Shown piece after piece: positions 59,482 to 64,000 of a DNA stretch of 64,000 bases. A program made the translations under genes and the position numbers. The notes under the pieces are model-generated. The model worked only from the letters and a program-made list of their open reading frames with translations. It made no database searches and was not told the DNA's origin. Positions within the stretch are counted from its first letter, which is position 1, and each line of letters opens with the position of its first letter. Source of the DNA: Nanobdellota archaeon (lineage in GTDB: Archaea > Nanobdellota > Nanobdellia > Pacearchaeales > GW2011-AR1); assembly GCA_027334715.1 (NCBI GenBank), contig DAHWUG010000001.1:277993-341992 (forward strand), in the 5' to 3' direction.

Positions 59482-60303
59482 ATGGTTAGCAGTAACTTTA
59501 TTTCTGTGAGCGCAGTTTCTAATCGTGAGCAATTAAGGGAGATTAATAAAATTTATAGGGAAAATGGTGAATTCCCTTTCCATTTAGCCATTGGGTATCA
59601 AGTATCAAGCAAAAGCATTAATCAAGGAACCCAAAACCCAAGGCAGCCAAAGTTTGCAGACCTAGGAGAATTAAGCCAAGAAACATGGAATTACAGGATG
59701 ATTCCTGCAGTTCATTATTATACAAAAGATGGTGAAACAATTATTAGCGACCTTGAAAAAGTAGCTGCCATAATTCCAATGGGAACTATTCTTCAGCTTA
59801 ATATTCTTCCTCCTTCATTAAATGTTTTAGAAAAAATCAGAATGATGGGGTTTAATCCAATCTTTAAAGTAGCTGTTTCTGACAAGCAATCTTCAGAAGG
59901 AGGCTATGCAGTGTGGAAAGGAGAAGGAGTTCAGGACGTAAAAACTGGGGAAATTGGGCCATTAATTGAACAAGTCAGGGAAAGAAGAGGTTTTATTGAT
60001 TATGTCATGTTTGACCCGAGCCATGGAACAAACCTTGACCTTACATTAGATGAGAATAGTTTAGCAATAAGGTTTGGTAGAGAAATAGCAGAGAGCCATG
60101 ATTTAGATAGTCTTGGTCTTGTGTACGCTGGCGGAATAAAACCAAGTAATGTTAAAACTGTCTTAAACTCTCTTTTTACATATTTCCCTAGAAGAAGAAT
60201 TAGCATTGATACAGAAAGCGGGGTAAGAACGAGCGATAATCAGCTTGATATGGGCTTAGTCAGGCAGTATCTTGAAAATTGCAGGTATGTTTTAGAAAGG
60301 TAA
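59482..60303 (+). CDS. TIM-barrel protein with PRAI (TrpF)-like C-terminus
   Basis: VYAGGIKPSNV...ISIDTESGVRTSDNQLDMGLVRQYL resembles the TrpF phosphate-binding end. Confidence 0.3.
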   Translation: MVSSNFISVSAVSNREQLREINKIYRENGEFPFHLAIGYQVSSKSINQGTQNPRQPKFADLGELSQETWNYRMIPAVHYYTKDGETIISDLEKVAAIIPMGTILQLNILPPSLNVLEKIRMMGFNPIFKVAVSDKQSSEGGYAVWKGEGVQDVKTGEIGPLIEQVRERRGFIDYVMFDPSHGTNLDLTLDENSLAIRFGREIAESHDLDSLGLVYAGGIKPSNVKTVLNSLFTYFPRRRISIDTESGVRTSDNQLDMGLVRQYLENCRYVLER

Positions 60304-60307
60304 AGTT

Positions 60308-61039
60308 CTAATTCAGCTCCCCCACTTTTCCAAATTCATACACTTTGTCTTCTCCTATTACATATACCTTGAAATTTAAAATGTCCTTTCTGGGAATTAT
60401 TGAAAAATCCTCCCAAAAGTCGTCTTTGTATTCATTTACTGGAATTCCTTCATAGAAATTGACAAAACTTGGAACGACAATGAAAGTCTTGCCTTTTGAT
60501 TTTCCCTGTAGAAAGCATTTGTAGCTTTCTTTTTTCACGCCAGGATTCTCTGCAAGCGTGACAGAAGGATGAAGATGGCCTGAAACCACAAAATTTATTT
60601 TTTTGTCAAATGCTCCAGGATAAGAAACATGGCCATGAAGAAAGGCAATGTCATTTTCAATGTAATAATTTTTGAGGGGCAAGCCAAGCTCTGATGTATC
60701 GTGATTTCCTTTTATTATTACAATGTCTTTTTCTTTAACATACTCATTGAGAAATTCAAGTATTTTGTTGAAGTTCTTTTTTTCAATGTATTCCCAGCTG
60801 AACATGTGCTTGACATCTCCGAGAAAGACAATTTTCTTTATTGAATGTTTCTCATCCTGAATTTTTTTTATGATTTTCCTTAAATCTTCAATTACGTCCT
60901 TAACCTGCATTTCTGGAACAAGAATTCCAGATTCAATCAGGGCTTCCTCATAGCCAATATGCAAATCCCCTATTACAAGAATTCCTTCTACTGGGAAGAA
61001 CAGGCATTTGCCAATGAATTCGTATTTTTGCTCTGCCAT
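60308..61039 (-). CDS. calcineurin-like metallophosphoesterase
   Basis: GDLHIG, GDVKH, GNHD, GHLH motifs. Confidence 0.75.
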   Translation of the reverse strand: MAEQKYEFIGKCLFFPVEGILVIGDLHIGYEEALIESGILVPEMQVKDVIEDLRKIIKKIQDEKHSIKKIVFLGDVKHMFSWEYIEKKNFNKILEFLNEYVKEKDIVIIKGNHDTSELGLPLKNYYIENDIAFLHGHVSYPGAFDKKINFVVSGHLHPSVTLAENPGVKKESYKCFLQGKSKGKTFIVVPSFVNFYEGIPVNEYKDDFWEDFSIIPRKDILNFKVYVIGEDKVYEFGKVGELN

Positions 61040-61183
61040 GTTAATATTATAATTTTAAGGTAAAGAGAATATAAACTTTATTATTTGGCAATTTTACCCG
61101 GCATTTTTCAACACAAATTTTTATATTTAAATCAGGGCAGGGAAAGATTTAAATTATGATTCTGCGTTAGTAATAAATAAAAG

Positions 61184-61666
61184 ATGGCGAACAAAGCCCT
61201 TATAGGCATTGTAATTGTTCTGGCATTTGTTATCGTTGGTCTTGTTGTCTTTTACGTTCTTCCTTCATCAGGCTCAAATTCAGGAGCTCCTTCTGGCTCT
61301 TCAGGAAATCAGACAACAAAGGGATTTACTGGAGACATCACCTCTGCAGAATTCCAGGTCTTTCCTGCGGGAACACAGCTAAAACCAGGAATGACAGGGA
61401 CTGTGACAAGCAGTTTCAAAGCCAGCGATCTGGTCTCTATTTCAGGAGTGTCAGATGTCAGCAAGCCGGTTGTGGTAACTCTTAAGATTCTTGATGCAAA
61501 CGGAAATGATACGGGAACTGTATGGCATGGGAATGAGATTACAATCCAGTCAGGAACTTTTGGATTTGGAAGTATATCAATTCCGCAAACTCCAGGAAAC
61601 TACACACTCAAGATATATCTGGACAATTATGAATCAAAGGAAATGCCCTTCCAGATTGTGCAATGA
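61184..61666 (+). CDS. secreted or membrane-anchored hypothetical protein
   Basis: N-terminal TM/signal; Ser/Gly-rich linker. Confidence 0.35.
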   Translation: MANKALIGIVIVLAFVIVGLVVFYVLPSSGSNSGAPSGSSGNQTTKGFTGDITSAEFQVFPAGTQLKPGMTGTVTSSFKASDLVSISGVSDVSKPVVVTLKILDANGNDTGTVWHGNEITIQSGTFGFGSISIPQTPGNYTLKIYLDNYESKEMPFQIVQ

Positions 61667-61946
61667 TTTACTAAACATTTTACTATCTGTTTTTGGCTTT
61701 AGGCATTTTTAATCTGGTTATATAAATCCTTAAAAATTCACCGGAATTATTAATACAGATGGATTCAGTTGGATACGATTTTATTGATGGAGTTATGTAC
61801 TTTGCTGATTCTGAAGAAGATGAAAATTTCATAGAATACCATTTCAATGAATTAATTAACTTTAGGAAAAATGCCATTAAATCAACAAGAAAAATCTCTT
61901 TATCATTGCTGGAAGATGCAAATTTTGGGATAGATTTATTCTTTGA

Positions 61947-64000
61947 TTAGCCATCAATTTTCCCTCTCTTTATCACATTCTGCATATGAAGCTGATGCAT
62001 TCTTCGGAGAAATGCCTGCTTGTCCTCAATCCTTATCAAATCTGAATGGCCCTGAAGAATAAGGTTTAATGCAAATGGAGAAGGAATCGGAGTTTCAACC
62101 ATCTTTATCTTTACCTTGCCTTGCTCAATCCAGTGAAGAACAAGCTTTGCATTCTCAACATCCATCAAATCCTCAAAAATCTCCCTTCTTGCTTCCTTAA
62201 GAATGGGAAATTCATTTGATATTTTTTTTACAGCTGCCAGAAGAAAATGCGATTTCATCTGCTGTTTTCCAACTGTTCTTCTTACTCCCTTGTAATTCCT
62301 TAAAATCATAAGGGCACGAGTTGCGCAATGGCGAAAACGCCTTGCCAAAACATCTGTCCGGTCTATTGCTTCCTTAAGGTATTTCTCAAGATTTTTCTCC
62401 TTAAGCTCTGAAAGAGCTCTCGTTATAATCATATTTTCCCCAGAAAGAAAGAATCCGTTGTCTGAAATTCCCACCTGAATATCCCTCCCCCCCAAAGCAC
62501 CTATCATGTAACCTATTGCCCTTGATAACGCGTCATTCACCCTCCTGCCATAAAGGGTGTGAAACAAAAGATATTTTTTGTCATTGTCTGTGAATTTCTC
62601 AACTATTACTGTGTTTTCATCTGGAATTTCAAGAAAGCTATGCTGCTCAAGAAAATAATTGTAAATTGCCTCTGCTGTTTCAGAAGGAACGTAAAGATAA
62701 GAGCTGATGAATTCAAGGGTTTGCTTTTTAGGCTGGTTTGATTTAAGCTTTTTTTTCATAAGCGTCCTGAAATGATCTATTTCAACAGCTGAATCAAAGC
62801 TTAATGGAAGCATTTCTGAAAACCATGAAGGTATTGTGGGATTTTTTCTTACTTCTGAGGCAACATAAAGGTTCATCCCTCTTGTGTATCTGTTAAGGTA
62901 TTTTTTTCCTCCAAGGACAAATACATCTCCTGCCCTCATCCTTGAAAGGAAAGATTCATCAATCATCCCGACAACTTCCTCTGTTCCTGCAACCTTGACC
63001 TTGATGAATGACTCTTCAGGAATTGTTCCTATGTTTGTCAGATAAAGAACACGGGCCATCTTTCCTTTTTTTCCGATCTCCTTTGTTTCCTTGTCATACC
63101 ATATTTTTGCATATATATGGTTTTTCTCAAGGGCGTATTCGCCTGAAAGATAACTTATAACATCAAGGAAATCGCTTCTTGTCAAGTCTGAATAGCAATA
63201 GCTTTTTCTTATGACATTAAATAACTCCTGCTCTTTCCAGATTTTGTAAATTGCCATTCCGAATATCTGCTGGGAAAGTACATCAAGGCAGTTTCTGGGA
63301 AATCTGATTTTGTTTATCTTTCTTTCAACCATTTCTTTCTGTATGACAGAGCATTCAACTAAATCATCCCTGTCAAGAATTATGAATCTTCCTTTGGCCA
63401 TGCTGTGAAGCTGGTGGCCTGCCCTTCCAAGCCTTTGCAAAGCCCTTGATGATGATTTCGGAGAGCCAAGCATAATCACCAGGTCAATAAATCCAATGTC
63501 AATACCTAATTCAAGGGATGTTGAACATACGACAACTTTCAGTTTTCCCTGCCTTAAACGCTCTTCAATATCATATCTATGCTGCTTGCTGAGAGATGAA
63601 TGATGCGCAGCTATGTTTTCATCGCCATAAACTGTCGGATATCTCTCTTTAAGAAAATTTACAACTCTTTCTGTTGCAGAGCGAGTGTTTGTGAAAATCA
63701 GTGTTGTCTTGTGCTCCTGGACAAGCTTTGATATAAGGTCGTACATCTTGATGTGCAGACCTTCGTCTTCCACAACATTCTTCACAGGACTCAGGACCTG
63801 AATGTCTATTTTCTTCTCAAGATTTATTTTTGCAATTGAAACTTCCCTGTCGTCTGAAATGCCAACAAGAAACCTTGCAACTTCTGCCATCGGCTCTATA
63901 GTTGCACTTAGCCCAATTTTTACCGGCCAGGAAGTGCTGATTTCGTTCAATCTTTCAAGCGTAATGCTGAGATAAGCTCCGCGCTTGTTGTCAAGAGAAT
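61947..64000 (-). CDS. lhr: Lhr-type DEAD/DEAH-box helicase, 5' end lies beyond the window
   Basis: GLSATIEP (motif III), HHSSLSKQHR, QRLGRAGH (motif VI), C-terminal Lhr domain; frame stays open to position 64000. Confidence 0.7.
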   Translation of the reverse strand, partial: SLDNKRGAYLSITLERLNEISTSWPVKIGLSATIEPMAEVARFLVGISDDREVSIAKINLEKKIDIQVLSPVKNVVEDEGLHIKMYDLISKLVQEHKTTLIFTNTRSATERVVNFLKERYPTVYGDENIAAHHSSLSKQHRYDIEERLRQGKLKVVVCSTSLELGIDIGFIDLVIMLGSPKSSSRALQRLGRAGHQLHSMAKGRFIILDRDDLVECSVIQKEMVERKINKIRFPRNCLDVLSQQIFGMAIYKIWKEQELFNVIRKSYCYSDLTRSDFLDVISYLSGEYALEKNHIYAKIWYDKETKEIGKKGKMARVLYLTNIGTIPEESFIKVKVAGTEEVVGMIDESFLSRMRAGDVFVLGGKKYLNRYTRGMNLYVASEVRKNPTIPSWFSEMLPLSFDSAVEIDHFRTLMKKKLKSNQPKKQTLEFISSYLYVPSETAEAIYNYFLEQHSFLEIPDENTVIVEKFTDNDKKYLLFHTLYGRRVNDALSRAIGYMIGALGGRDIQVGISDNGFFLSGENMIITRALSELKEKNLEKYLKEAIDRTDVLARRFRHCATRALMILRNYKGVRRTVGKQQMKSHFLLAAVKKISNEFPILKEARREIFEDLMDVENAKLVLHWIEQGKVKIKMVETPIPSPFALNLILQGHSDLIRIEDKQAFLRRMHQLHMQNVIKRGKIDG

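Overview
This is a gene-dense, AT-rich archaeal window (DPANN- or Altiarchaeota-like). The archaeal assignment rests on r-proteins L10e, L35Ae, S24e and S27ae, Spt4, RpoE', an archaeal class-III-signal pilin, diphthine-ammonia ligase and an archaeal/eukaryal-type GluRS.

Contents, in order:
- a copper-export cluster: Met-rich membrane protein, cupredoxin-like protein, CopZ and a CPC-type CopA with a His-rich N-terminus;
- a suf Fe-S cluster operon (sufC, sufU, sufS, sufB) in which sufB carries a 402-aa LAGLIDADG intein, followed by a DUF1858 gene, pterin-4a-carbinolamine dehydratase and superoxide dismutase;
- five tRNAs found by eye: Ser-CGA, Gly-GCC, Val-UAC, His-GUG and Trp-CCA;
- a tRNA-bracketed accessory stretch with a RelE-like toxin-antitoxin pair, a free-standing double-motif LAGLIDADG protein, and an RHH gene translationally coupled to a protein-kinase-like/membrane fusion followed by a 616-aa Pol-beta-type nucleotidyltransferase;
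- a GluRS lacking its anticodon-binding domain;
- tRNA-His and HisRS followed by a cyclodipeptide-synthase-like gene plus a HIT-like gene, bracketed by a perfect 19-nt direct repeat;
- ABC transporters, diphthine-ammonia ligase, an IMPDH-family enzyme, ScpA, and the conserved PIN-rpoE'-spt4-rps24e-rps27ae block;
- HtpX, a DUF4258/DUF2283 pair, a second P-type ATPase, and a surface module of two paralogous sequon-rich surface proteins flanking a lipoprotein-like gene and a FadL/TodX-like beta-barrel with a C-terminal beta-signal;
- a partial Lhr helicase at the 3' edge.

Other things seen: a frameshifted GNAT gene at an A7 run, a SPASM radical-SAM gene remnant, two conserved genes with no canonical start codon, a 620-bp intergenic region with tandem repeats and GC-rich hairpins, and a tRNA 3'-end duplication flanking a small insert. 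No CRISPR array and no rRNA were seen.

All homology calls come from reading motifs by eye and need HMM or BLAST confirmation. Some adjusted coordinates may be off by a few nucleotides.
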